NCBI RefSeq assembly: GCF_003010495.1
Contig: NZ_CP027570.1
Coordinates: forward strand, 810,001 to 842,000
Length of the DNA stretch: 32,000 nucleotides
Origin: Megasphaera elsdenii DSM 20460
Lineage (GTDB): Bacteria; Bacillota; Negativicutes; Veillonellales; Megasphaeraceae
Reading direction: 5' to 3'
Shown: positions 22,497 through 30,324 of the stretch, in pieces
Layout: each line of letters opens with the position of its first letter
Position numbering within the stretch: the first letter of the stretch is position 1
The notes under the pieces: generated by a model
Database searches by the model: none
Told to the model about the DNA's origin: nothing
What the model saw: the letters and a program-made list of their open reading frames with translations, nothing else
Translations under genes and position numbers: made by a program

Positions 22497-23339
22497 ATGG
22501 CTCAGAAAACCGGTTATTTAGCAGAAAAACTGAAACTCTTCCATCTCTCGGACAAGCGGCAGTGGACCTGCCCCTATCATTATCACGACTTCGACAAGAT
22601 TACCCTTTTCTTCCGGGGCCATGTGTCGTATGACGTGGAAGGGACGGCTTACGACCTGCAGCCCTTCGACATCGTCGTCATCCCGGCCGGCAGGATCCAC
22701 CGCCCCATCATCTATGGCGATGCCGTCTACGAACGCATCATAGCCTATATTTCTCCATCTTACTTACAGGGCTATGAACGCCGCGGCTGTCCGGCCGGGC
22801 AGATATTCACGCGGGAAAACGCACCCATCCTGCGCCAGCCCCAGGAAGCGGACAATTTATACAATGTATCGTGCCGCCTGCGCCGGGCCTGGGCCGACAT
22901 GGGCCCGGAAAGCCCGCTCCTGCAGGAAACGCTGTTTACGGAGTTCATGATCCACCTAACGCGGGCCCTGCAGAAAGACAAGCTCCACGTCGTCCAGAAA
23001 GGCCATCAGAATGAAAAGATACGCCGCATCCTGGCCTATATCGAAGAAAACCTGAGCGGCGACCTGTCCATTTCCAGCCTGGCCGCGGCCTTTTTCATGA
23101 GCCCCGATTACCTCATGCACCTCTTCAAGGCCGAGACGGGCATGACCGCCGCCAGCTACATCACGACGAAACGGCTGCAAAAAGCCCGCCACCTCATGCA
23201 GGAGGGGCGGGCTTTGACGGAAATCTGCTATGACTGCGGATTCACCAATTATTCGACGTTCTACCGGGCCTGGAAAAATCACTACCACACGTCCCCAAAA
23301 GAAGGAAGCCGCGCTTTTCCCGACAGTTTCGATGAATGA
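22497..23339 (+). CDS. AraC family transcriptional regulator (cupin-like N-terminal domain + HTH_18)
   Basis: 280 aa. The C-terminus (ILAYIEENLSGDLSISSLAAAFFMSPDYLMHLFKAETGMTAASYITTKRLQKARHLMQEG.ALTEICYDCGFTNYSTFYRAWKNHY) is a canonical AraC double HTH. Confidence 0.9.
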   Translation: MAQKTGYLAEKLKLFHLSDKRQWTCPYHYHDFDKITLFFRGHVSYDVEGTAYDLQPFDIVVIPAGRIHRPIIYGDAVYERIIAYISPSYLQGYERRGCPAGQIFTRENAPILRQPQEADNLYNVSCRLRRAWADMGPESPLLQETLFTEFMIHLTRALQKDKLHVVQKGHQNEKIRRILAYIEENLSGDLSISSLAAAFFMSPDYLMHLFKAETGMTAASYITTKRLQKARHLMQEGRALTEICYDCGFTNYSTFYRAWKNHYHTSPKEGSRAFPDSFDE

Positions 23340-23340
23340 A

Positions 23341-25623
23341 TCAGCGTTTTTTATTATAATTGATGAGGCAGCCGGCTTTGACAATCTTCTTTTCATCGTC
23401 CGTCATGGGAGCGATGTACAGCGACAATTCGCACAAGTCCTTGCCGACGACATAGGCCTTGATGGCTTTCATATCGCCGTCGAGGGCTTTTTTGACGTCC
23501 GGTACATAGATGTAATCGCCGATTTCAAAGTCCGGTTTGCCTTCCATCTGGAAGGGCAGCATACCCCAGTTGATGACGTTGGAACGATAGCGCTTGGTCG
23601 CATATTCCTGGCAGATGTTGGCCAGGCCGCCGAGGACGCGCTGGCAGCTGGCAGCCTGTTCGCGGGCTGAACCGTCGCCGGGCTTGATGCAGTAGATCAT
23701 GCTGCCGATTTCTACGTCTTTCATGGAAACGTCGCCGAAATGAGCGCGCAAGACGGCAAAGACGTCTTTCAAGGCCGGATCGACACCGGCCGGGCAGTCG
23801 CCGGCCAGGCGGGCCCGTTCAACTTTGTCGACGGCTTTGGCCCGGCCGACGTATTCCGGATCGCGGCGGGACAAGGTAAATTCCGCCAGGCCCAGGGGAT
23901 TGGACCGGTACGACGACGTTTCGCCAGACGGGATGAGTTCGTCTGTCGTCGTGACCGGGTCGAGGATTTTCGAGCAGACCTTGAGCAGGACCGAATCGGC
24001 CAGGGGTTCCATGTCCGGCCAATCCTTGATGTTCGGGCCATAGACCAGGGAAGCGCCTTCATCGGCCTGGCCGAAGCCCTGGTAGACGCGGGTAGCATAG
24101 GGCTGGTCATCGTAATCGTAAGGTGTTTCGACGTAGTCGTCCATATAACCTTCGGCCGAGGTCAGGACGCCGCCATTGGCTGCTGTCGCGGCGATGGAAC
24201 GGGCATCCATGAGGGCGACGGAAGCGAACTGGCCGTTGCCCGGCTTGGAACCTTCGCGGTTCGGGAAGTTACGCGTCGTATGGCGGATGCTGAAGGCATT
24301 ATTGGCCGGCGTATCGCCTGCGCCGAAGCAGGGGCCGCAGAAAGCCGTCTTGAAGATGGCACCGGCTTCCAGGAGAGAGGCGACAGCACCTTTGCGGACC
24401 AGGTCGAGGTAGACCGGCTGCGACGACGGATAGACGTCGAGGGTGAAATTGCCATTACCGCAGGAAGCCTGTTTCAGGATGTGGGCGGCAGCCATGACAT
24501 TGCTGTAGTTGCCGCCGGCACAGCCGGCGATGACGCCCTGCTGGACCTGGAGTTTCCCGTTCTGGATCTTATCGGTCAGGCTGTATTTCAAATCTTTATT
24601 GCTCATGCGGCCGTTGATGGCTTCTTCTGTTTCGTGGAGGATATCTTCCAGATTGGCATTGAGCTCATCAATAATAAAGGCGTTGCTGGGATGCATGGGC
24701 ATGGCAATCATCGGCTTGATCGTGCTCAGGTCGATGTAAATCATACCGTCATAGTAGGCGACGTCGGCCGGATTCAATTCCTTATAGGCATCGCCGCGGC
24801 CGTGCTGGGTTAAATAGGCCTTAGTGTCTTCATCGGTCCGCCATACCGACGACAGGCAGGTCGTCTCCGTCGTCATGACGTCGACGCTGTTGCGGTAATC
24901 CGTCGTCATGGAAGCGACGCCAGGACCGACGAATTCCATGACCTTGTTCTTGACATAGCCGTTCTTGAAGACGGCACCGACGATGGCGATGGCAATGTCG
25001 TGCGGGCCGACGGCCGGGCTCGGTTTCCCCGTCAGGTAGACGCCGACGACGCCAGGATAGGCGATATCATAGGTATCGCACAAGAGCTGCTTGACCAGCT
25101 CGCCGCCGCCTTCGCCGACGGCCATGGTCCCTAAGGCGCCATAGCGCGTATGGCTGTCGGAACCGATGATCATGCGGCCGCAACCGGCCATCTTTTCACG
25201 CATGTACTGATGAATGACGGCAACGTGAGGCGGAACGAAGATGCCACCATATTTCTTGGCTGCCGACAAGCCGAAGACGTGGTCGTCTTCATTAATCGTG
25301 CCGCCGACGGCGCAGAGCGAATTGTGACAGTTTGTCAGCACATACGGGAGCGGGAATTTTTCCATTCCCGAGGCTTTTGCCGTCTGGATGATGCCGACAA
25401 AGGTAATGTCATGGGAAGCCATGGCATCGAACTTGATTTTCAAGTGTTCCATGGACCCTGATGTATTGTGATTTTTCAAGATAGAATAGGCGATGGTCCC
25501 CTTCCGCCCTTCTTCTTTCGAAATAGTCTTGCCTGTGAGCTGTCTGAGTTTGGCCACATCCTGTTCCGGTACGACATCTGTCCCGTGAACCAGGTACGCG
25601 CCTCCATCATATAACTGAATCAT
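23341..25623 (-). CDS. Aconitate hydratase (aconitase family, about 760 aa)
   Basis: Start at ATG 25623 (AGGAGGG RBS), with the track extension to 25713 rejected. Fe-S and substrate motifs are [25 protein letters not shown] and [15 protein letters not shown], with a swivel domain at the C-terminus. It neighbours citrate synthase and ICDH. Confidence 0.88.
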   Translation of the reverse strand: MIQLYDGGAYLVHGTDVVPEQDVAKLRQLTGKTISKEEGRKGTIAYSILKNHNTSGSMEHLKIKFDAMASHDITFVGIIQTAKASGMEKFPLPYVLTNCHNSLCAVGGTINEDDHVFGLSAAKKYGGIFVPPHVAVIHQYMREKMAGCGRMIIGSDSHTRYGALGTMAVGEGGGELVKQLLCDTYDIAYPGVVGVYLTGKPSPAVGPHDIAIAIVGAVFKNGYVKNKVMEFVGPGVASMTTDYRNSVDVMTTETTCLSSVWRTDEDTKAYLTQHGRGDAYKELNPADVAYYDGMIYIDLSTIKPMIAMPMHPSNAFIIDELNANLEDILHETEEAINGRMSNKDLKYSLTDKIQNGKLQVQQGVIAGCAGGNYSNVMAAAHILKQASCGNGNFTLDVYPSSQPVYLDLVRKGAVASLLEAGAIFKTAFCGPCFGAGDTPANNAFSIRHTTRNFPNREGSKPGNGQFASVALMDARSIAATAANGGVLTSAEGYMDDYVETPYDYDDQPYATRVYQGFGQADEGASLVYGPNIKDWPDMEPLADSVLLKVCSKILDPVTTTDELIPSGETSSYRSNPLGLAEFTLSRRDPEYVGRAKAVDKVERARLAGDCPAGVDPALKDVFAVLRAHFGDVSMKDVEIGSMIYCIKPGDGSAREQAASCQRVLGGLANICQEYATKRYRSNVINWGMLPFQMEGKPDFEIGDYIYVPDVKKALDGDMKAIKAYVVGKDLCELSLYIAPMTDDEKKIVKAGCLINYNKKR

Positions 25624-25788
25624 TCCAAGCCCTCCTTTGTCACCGCCTGGGCGATGGCTTTTCTCATCGTGAAAACAATGCAATCCATTTTCACAATATA
25701 AAAATTTAAGCATTTCAGTAAATATTATATCATAATTAAAACGGCCATGGCTACCCTTAAAACGTTTTATACTTTACGCGATTTTCAT

Positions 25789-25816
25789 TTTACTTTCTCC
25801 ATAATTATGCTATAAT
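25789..25816 (+). promoter_or_regulatory. Candidate promoter for the citrate synthase operon (TTTACT-16-TATAAT)
   Basis: TTTACT at 25789-25794 and TATAAT at 25811-25816, in an AT-rich 320-bp divergent intergenic region. Confidence 0.4.
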
Positions 25817-25942
25817 AACTTATACTTTGTAGGAATATGTTAAAAATTATTCCCAAAATAAAATTTATGAATATTCGTAGATAACCGATATTTTATAAGT
25901 TATTCTTCCATATTCATACTTGCAGGAAAGAGAGGAATCATC

Positions 25943-27286
25943 TTGGACAAAAATATTTATTTAGCCCAGTTTTATGGCAAGTCACAGAACTACACACAGA
26001 TTCCCCGCGAATGGTTCACCAAGTACGGCGTAAAGCGCGGCCTGCGCAATGAAGATCATACTGGCGTCCTCGTCGGCCTGACCCGCATTGCCGATGTCGT
26101 CGGCTACCAGCGCGACGAAAAAGGCCAAAAAGTCGATTGCGACGGCGTCTTGTACTATCGCGGCATCGACATTCGCGAGCTGGCTAAAGTGGAAAATTAT
26201 AGAGGCTATTTATACGAAGAAGCCAGCTTTCTCCTCCTCTTCGGTTATTTGCCGACTGAAGATGAACTGAATGCCTTCTGCAAGGTTTTACAAAACGGCT
26301 ACGACCTGCCGGACGACTTCCTGGAAATGAACCTCCTGCGCCTGCCCGGCAAGAACTTAATGAATAAACTGCAGCACGCCCTGCTGACCCTCTATAACTA
26401 CGACCCCGACCCGGATAACACCGACGTCTACCAGACCCTCCGAAAGGGCTTGAACATCATGAGCAAGCTGCCGTCCATCGCGGTCTATGCTTATATGTCC
26501 AAAGTCCATTATTACAACCGCAAGAGCCTGGTCATCCACTATCCCCGCAAAGACTATTCGACGGCTGAAAACATCTTGTCCATGCTGCGGCCGGACAGCA
26601 AGTTCACGCCGAAAGAAGCGCAGCTCCTGGATCTCCTCTTATTTCTCCACGCCGACCACGGCGGCGGCACGAACTCGACGTTCACCAATATCGTCGTCTC
26701 GTCGACGGATACGGACCTCTACTCCAGCATGGCCAGCTCTGTCGGCGCCCTCAAGGGACCGCGTCACGGCGGCGCCAATATCCGCGTCTCCCTGATGATG
26801 GAACAAGTCATCGACGCCATCGGCATTAAGGCCACAGATGAACAAATCGTCGACGTCATCCACCAGATACTCAATAAGAAATTCAAAGGCTGTCACGATG
26901 GCCTGGTCTACGGCTTCGGCCACGCCGTCTACACCTTGTCGGACCCGCGCGCCGAAATCATGCGCCACTACTGCGGCATCCTGGCCAAGGAAAAAGGCAT
27001 GACCGATATCTTCCGCTTCTACAACCGCTTCGAAAAGCTGGCCATGAAGACCTTGAAAGAAGAAAAAGGCGTCAACATGTGCAGCAACGTCGATTATTAC
27101 AGCGGCTTCGCCTACAATATGCTGGGCATCCCGCGCGACCTCTATACACCGCTCTTCGTCATCAGCCGTATGGTCGGCTGGCTGGCCCACAACATCGAAC
27201 ACAAGCTGTATGATAACCGTATCGTCCGTCCGGCAGCGAAATACGTCGGCGACCTGATGGATTATATTCCCAGAAAGGACAGATAA
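25943..27286 (+). CDS. gltA: Citrate synthase
   Basis: 447 aa with a TTG start preceded by AGAGAGGAA. Motifs are LLFLHADHGGGTNSTFT, GALKGPRHGGAN, GFGHAVYTLSDPRA and NVDYYSG (catalytic His/Asp regions of citrate synthases). Confidence 0.92.
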   Translation: MDKNIYLAQFYGKSQNYTQIPREWFTKYGVKRGLRNEDHTGVLVGLTRIADVVGYQRDEKGQKVDCDGVLYYRGIDIRELAKVENYRGYLYEEASFLLLFGYLPTEDELNAFCKVLQNGYDLPDDFLEMNLLRLPGKNLMNKLQHALLTLYNYDPDPDNTDVYQTLRKGLNIMSKLPSIAVYAYMSKVHYYNRKSLVIHYPRKDYSTAENILSMLRPDSKFTPKEAQLLDLLLFLHADHGGGTNSTFTNIVVSSTDTDLYSSMASSVGALKGPRHGGANIRVSLMMEQVIDAIGIKATDEQIVDVIHQILNKKFKGCHDGLVYGFGHAVYTLSDPRAEIMRHYCGILAKEKGMTDIFRFYNRFEKLAMKTLKEEKGVNMCSNVDYYSGFAYNMLGIPRDLYTPLFVISRMVGWLAHNIEHKLYDNRIVRPAAKYVGDLMDYIPRKDR

Positions 27287-27289
27287 ATC

Positions 27290-28285
27290 ATGAAGACAAT
27301 TACCGTATTCAAAGGCGACGGCATCGGCCCGGAAATCACCGACGCTGTTCTGCAGATCCTCGACGCCGCCAAGGCTCCCCTTTCCTATGAAATTTTCAAC
27401 GTCGGCGCTGCCGAATATGAACGCCACGGCGCCCTCATCCCGGACGACGCTTTCGCTTCGTTTGAAAAGACCCGTCTCCTGCTGAAATCGCCAATCACCA
27501 CGCCTATCGGCAAGGGGTTCCGCTCGCTCAACGTCACGCTGCGCAACAAATACGACCTCTATGCCAATATCCGTCCGGCCAAATCGAACACAGCCGTCAA
27601 GACGCCCTTCCCCAACGTCGACATCGTCACTTTCCGGGAAAACACGGAAGACCTGTACATCGGCGTCGAATACAAGATGAATGAAGACACGGTCCACGCC
27701 ATCAAGCTCATCACCCGCAAGGCCAGTGAACGCATCATTAAGGCCGCTTTCGACTACGCCGTAGCCCATGGACGCAAAAAGGTTACCTGCGTCCATAAGG
27801 CCAATATCCTCAAGATGAGCGACGGCTTGTTCCTCGACATCTTCCACACCATCGCCAAGGATTATCCGCAAATCGAAAGCGACGACAAAATCGTCGACAA
27901 CACGTGCATGCAGATGGTCATGCGTCCGGAACAGTTCGATATCATCGTCACGCCCAACCTCTATGGCGACATCCTGTCCGACCTGACCAGCGGTCTCATC
28001 GGCGGCCTGGGCCTGCTCCCGTCCATGAACGTCGGCGACGACTATGCCATGTTCGAAGCCGTCCACGGCAGTGCCCCGGATATAGCCGGTAAACACATCG
28101 CCAACCCGACGGCTCTCTTGTGGTCGGCCTGCATGCTCCTGGAATATATCGGCGAAACGGCTATTGCCGCCAAGATCCGCAAAGCCGTCGACGAAGTCCT
28201 GGCCGAAAAACAGCATCTGACACCGGATTTGGGCGGCAGCGCCACGACGGAAGAATACCGCGACGCCGTCATTGCCAAACTGTAA
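27290..28285 (+). CDS. icd: Isocitrate dehydrogenase (isocitrate/isopropylmalate dehydrogenase family, short NAD-type)
   Basis: 331 aa with ITVFKGDGIGPEI, FRSLNVTLRNKYDLYANIRPAK, FRENTEDLY, PNLYGDILSDL and HGSAPDIAGK. It starts 4 nt after the citrate synthase stop. Confidence 0.88.
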   Translation: MKTITVFKGDGIGPEITDAVLQILDAAKAPLSYEIFNVGAAEYERHGALIPDDAFASFEKTRLLLKSPITTPIGKGFRSLNVTLRNKYDLYANIRPAKSNTAVKTPFPNVDIVTFRENTEDLYIGVEYKMNEDTVHAIKLITRKASERIIKAAFDYAVAHGRKKVTCVHKANILKMSDGLFLDIFHTIAKDYPQIESDDKIVDNTCMQMVMRPEQFDIIVTPNLYGDILSDLTSGLIGGLGLLPSMNVGDDYAMFEAVHGSAPDIAGKHIANPTALLWSACMLLEYIGETAIAAKIRKAVDEVLAEKQHLTPDLGGSATTEEYRDAVIAKL

Positions 28286-28303
28286 GCTCAAAGGAGGTAT
28301 TCC

Positions 28304-29263
28304 ATGAAGATTACCGTCTTAGGCTGCGGCCGCTGGGGCAGTTTCCACGCCTGGTACGCCGACCACATCGGCCATGACGTCACCTTGTGGGGCCGTCCCG
28401 GTTCGCAGCACTTGCAGGAACTTTTAGAGACCCGGAAGAACGAATACCTGAGCCTTCCCGCTTCCATCTCGTTGACATCGGACCTGAAGGCCGCCCTGGA
28501 CGCTGCCGATATCTGCATCATCTCCATCAGCGCCCAGCAGCTGCGCTCCTTTGCCCGTCAGCTGAAAGCAGCCGGCTTTGCCCCATCCCTGCCCTTTGTC
28601 CTGGCCATGAAGGGCCTGGAGGAAGGGAGCGGCAAACGATTGACGACGGTCATGGCCGAAGAACTGGAACCGGCCGTACGCACGGCCGTCTGGGTCGGTC
28701 CGGGCCACGTCCAGGATTTCATCAGCGGCATGCCCAACTGCATGGTCATCGCCTCGGCTGATGAAGGCCTGACCCATTTCTTAGTCGATACCTTCACCAG
28801 TCCCCTCATCCGCTTCTACTATGGTCAGGACCTATTAGGCATCGAAATCGGCGCTGCCGCCAAGAACGTCATGGGCATCGCCGCCGGTATGCTCGACGGC
28901 GCCCATCTGACCAGCCTGAAAGGGGCCCTCATGGCCCGCGGCGCTCACGAGCTCTCGGTCCTAGTCGCCGCCATGGGCGGCCAGGCCATGACCGTCTACG
29001 GTCTGAGCCACCTCGGCGACTACGAAGCGACCCTCTTTTCCCTGCACAGCAATAACCGCCGCTTCGGCCAGGACTTCATCGAAGGCAGGCCCTTCAAAAA
29101 ACTGGCCGAAGGCGTCAGCACGACCGAAGCCCTCCTCGACTTATCCCAAAAATACGGCGTAGAACTGCCCATTACGGCAGCCGTCCATGCCATCATCAAA
29201 GAAAAAAAGGACCCCCACGAGGTCCTGAAAAATCTATTTCTCCGTTCTACTAAATGTGAATAA
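28304..29263 (+). CDS. NAD(P)H-dependent glycerol-3-phosphate dehydrogenase family protein (divergent GpsA paralog)
   Basis: 319 aa with Rossmann motif MKITVLGCGRWGS, then LAMKGLE, GPGHVQDF, AAKNVMGIAAGMLDG and GLSHLGDYEATLFSLHSNNRRFG. These parallel the GpsA motifs (KG, GPSHAEEV, KNV.AIA.G, GDL..TC.S..SRN...G). AAAGGAGG RBS. Confidence 0.75.
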   Translation: MKITVLGCGRWGSFHAWYADHIGHDVTLWGRPGSQHLQELLETRKNEYLSLPASISLTSDLKAALDAADICIISISAQQLRSFARQLKAAGFAPSLPFVLAMKGLEEGSGKRLTTVMAEELEPAVRTAVWVGPGHVQDFISGMPNCMVIASADEGLTHFLVDTFTSPLIRFYYGQDLLGIEIGAAAKNVMGIAAGMLDGAHLTSLKGALMARGAHELSVLVAAMGGQAMTVYGLSHLGDYEATLFSLHSNNRRFGQDFIEGRPFKKLAEGVSTTEALLDLSQKYGVELPITAAVHAIIKEKKDPHEVLKNLFLRSTKCE

Positions 29264-29268
29264 TAAAC

Positions 29269-29297
29269 TTGACGTAATTTAGCGGAAAGGGTAAAAT
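29269..29297 (+). promoter_or_regulatory. Candidate promoter (TTGACG-17-TAAAAT) for a short plus-strand RNA
   Basis: TTGACG at 29269-29274, a 17-nt spacer, TAAAAT at 29292-29297. It begins 6 nt after the gpsA-like stop codon. Confidence 0.45.
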
Positions 29298-29303
29298 AAA
29301 CAT

Positions 29304-29397
29304 GAAAAAGGTGCTGTCCGTAACGGGTCAGCCCCAAATAGCACTAAAGAATAATCGCCTTACTGCTTGGAGATGCAAAGGCGATTATTTTTTATTT
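29304..29397 (+). ncRNA. Candidate ~90-nt sRNA (putative antisense/antitoxin RNA); ends inferred from promoter and terminator only
   Basis: It is bounded by the promoter above and by the 12-bp terminator hairpin plus TTTTATTT. It contains a 5' hairpin, GCTGTCCGTAACGGGTCAGC. The in-frame ATG at 29302 has no RBS. Confidence 0.3.
29350..29397 (+). terminator. Rho-independent terminator (gpsA-like operon and/or candidate sRNA)
   Basis: Perfect 12-bp stem AATAATCGCCTT (29350-29361)/AAGGCGATTATT (29378-29389), 16-nt loop, then TTTTATTT. Confidence 0.8.
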
Positions 29398-29450
29398 AAA
29401 ACCGTAAATAAGACAATCAGAAGTAACAATGTAATATTCAGATGATCCAT
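29385..29450 (-). CDS. Candidate 21-aa hydrophobic peptide (MDHLNITLLLLIVLFTVLNKK), possible type I toxin or small membrane protein
   Basis: My translation of the minus strand, with ATG at 29448-29450 and TAA at 29385-29387. It lies about 55 nt downstream of a perfect consensus promoter. GAGG sits only 3 nt before the ATG, and AUGGG/CCCAU pairing can occlude the start. It is too short for the ORF track. Confidence 0.35.
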   Translation of the reverse strand: MDHLNITLLLLIVLFTVLNKK

Positions 29451-29512
29451 GGGCCTCGCCCCATTTCTGGGTCTTAAGTAACCGCCTATTGTTCGTGACA
29501 ACACCGGATGAT

Positions 29513-29541
29513 ATTATACGAAATAAAAAATAACCTGTCAA
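29513..29541 (-). promoter_or_regulatory. Perfect consensus sigma-70-type promoter (TTGACA-17-TATAAT) on the minus strand
   Basis: On the minus strand, TTGACA lies at 29536-29541 and TATAAT at 29513-29518, with spacer GGTTATTTTTTATTTCG (17 nt). The -35 lies inside the 3' arm of the budA terminator. Confidence 0.7.
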
Positions 29542-29569
29542 AAAAATGCTAATGACAGGTTATTTTTTT
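29527..29569 (-). terminator. Rho-independent terminator of the acetolactate decarboxylase gene (flanks make it bidirectional)
   Basis: Perfect 12-bp stem AATAACCTGTCA (29529-29540)/TGACAGGTTATT (29553-29564) with T-runs on both strands. It starts right at the budA stop codon. Confidence 0.85.
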
Positions 29570-30299
29570 ATTTCCCTTGTTCAATCTGTTTGATTTCTTC
29601 CTGTGAAGCTGCTGTCAGGTCACCTCGTTCGAACTGCTTGTTATGAGGCATGTCGAGGATGAAGCGGTCGGCTTTGTTGAAGATGACCCGGCCTTCTTCC
29701 AGATCCAGGTCAAAGACGTGGCCGCCTTTTTTCCGGTCCGCTGAAATGAAGTGGGAATGCCAGCCCGACGTATTGACACCGCTCAAGTAGTCGGGAATGT
29801 AAATCCCGATGAGGCTGCCGTCTATATTTTCAAAGGTAAAGCGGCGTTCATCCGTTTCCAGGACTTTGGCAAAGGGCTTATAAGGCTCCTGCTGCTCCAG
29901 CTCGGTCCGGGCCGACACACGGCGGAAATGACCGTCGATGCGGACGATGTAGACGTCGTTGATGCCCAGCCGGCGGACATGTTCCGTCATGATTTCTTTC
30001 AAGGCTTCAATCGAAGGCTGATGTTTCAGCAAGACTGGCTCCTGCTGCCGCAGCCACGTTACCGTCGCGAAGGGCGTTGTATCGGTCTGAGCCGCTTCTA
30101 CTGCCGATCCGTCGCCTAAGACGCGGTAGGCGTGGCCGTCGATGACGATGAGTTCACCGGCTACGGCATGAAACGTGCCCAGCCCCGTATCTCCATGGAG
30201 CAGCAGTGTTTCCATATCCGTGCTGCCGTAATAATTGCCGCGGGCCAGGGCCTGCAGCGTAGACACCTGGTAAATGGCCTGGCGTTCTTCTCTTTCCAT
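29568..30299 (-). CDS. budA: Alpha-acetolactate decarboxylase
   Basis: 243 aa from ATG 30299 (AAGGAAGG RBS): IYQVSTLQALARGNYYGSTDMETLLLHGDTGLGTFHAVAGELIVIDGHAYRV...GIYIPDYLSGVNTSGWHSHFISADRKKGGHVFD. These are the ALDC family hallmarks. The track extension to 30356 overlaps the upstream gene. Confidence 0.9.
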   Translation of the reverse strand: MEREERQAIYQVSTLQALARGNYYGSTDMETLLLHGDTGLGTFHAVAGELIVIDGHAYRVLGDGSAVEAAQTDTTPFATVTWLRQQEPVLLKHQPSIEALKEIMTEHVRRLGINDVYIVRIDGHFRRVSARTELEQQEPYKPFAKVLETDERRFTFENIDGSLIGIYIPDYLSGVNTSGWHSHFISADRKKGGHVFDLDLEEGRVIFNKADRFILDMPHNKQFERGDLTAASQEEIKQIEQGK

Positions 30300-30324
30300 A
30301 TAACCTTCCTTTCTTAAAGGCTGA

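Noticed and set aside
23740-24813. 357-aa plus-strand ORF inside the aconitase gene
   Set aside because: It is antisense to a well-supported aconitase CDS and shows the Arg/Gly/Ala/Asp-biased composition typical of GC-rich shadow frames.
26639-28291. 550-aa minus-strand ORF spanning the citrate synthase and isocitrate dehydrogenase region
   Set aside because: It is a shadow ORF on the antisense strand of two genes with unmistakable family motifs. Its composition is Asp/Gly/Val/Ala-rich and low in information, and it has no RBS or recognisable domain.
29302-29445. 47-codon plus-strand ORF (MKKVLSVTGQPQIALKNNRLTAWRCKGDYFLFKTV...) in the gpsA-budA spacer
   Set aside because: It has no Shine-Dalgarno, its ATG sits 5 nt after the -10 box, and it reads straight through the terminator hairpin. 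A non-coding RNA interpretation is preferred.
29568-30299. Acetolactate decarboxylase as part of an acetoin (alsS-budA) operon
   Set aside because: No acetolactate synthase or butanediol dehydrogenase gene is in the window. budA follows the CorC-type gene by 25 nt. Nothing beyond a stand-alone budA can be supported from this sequence.
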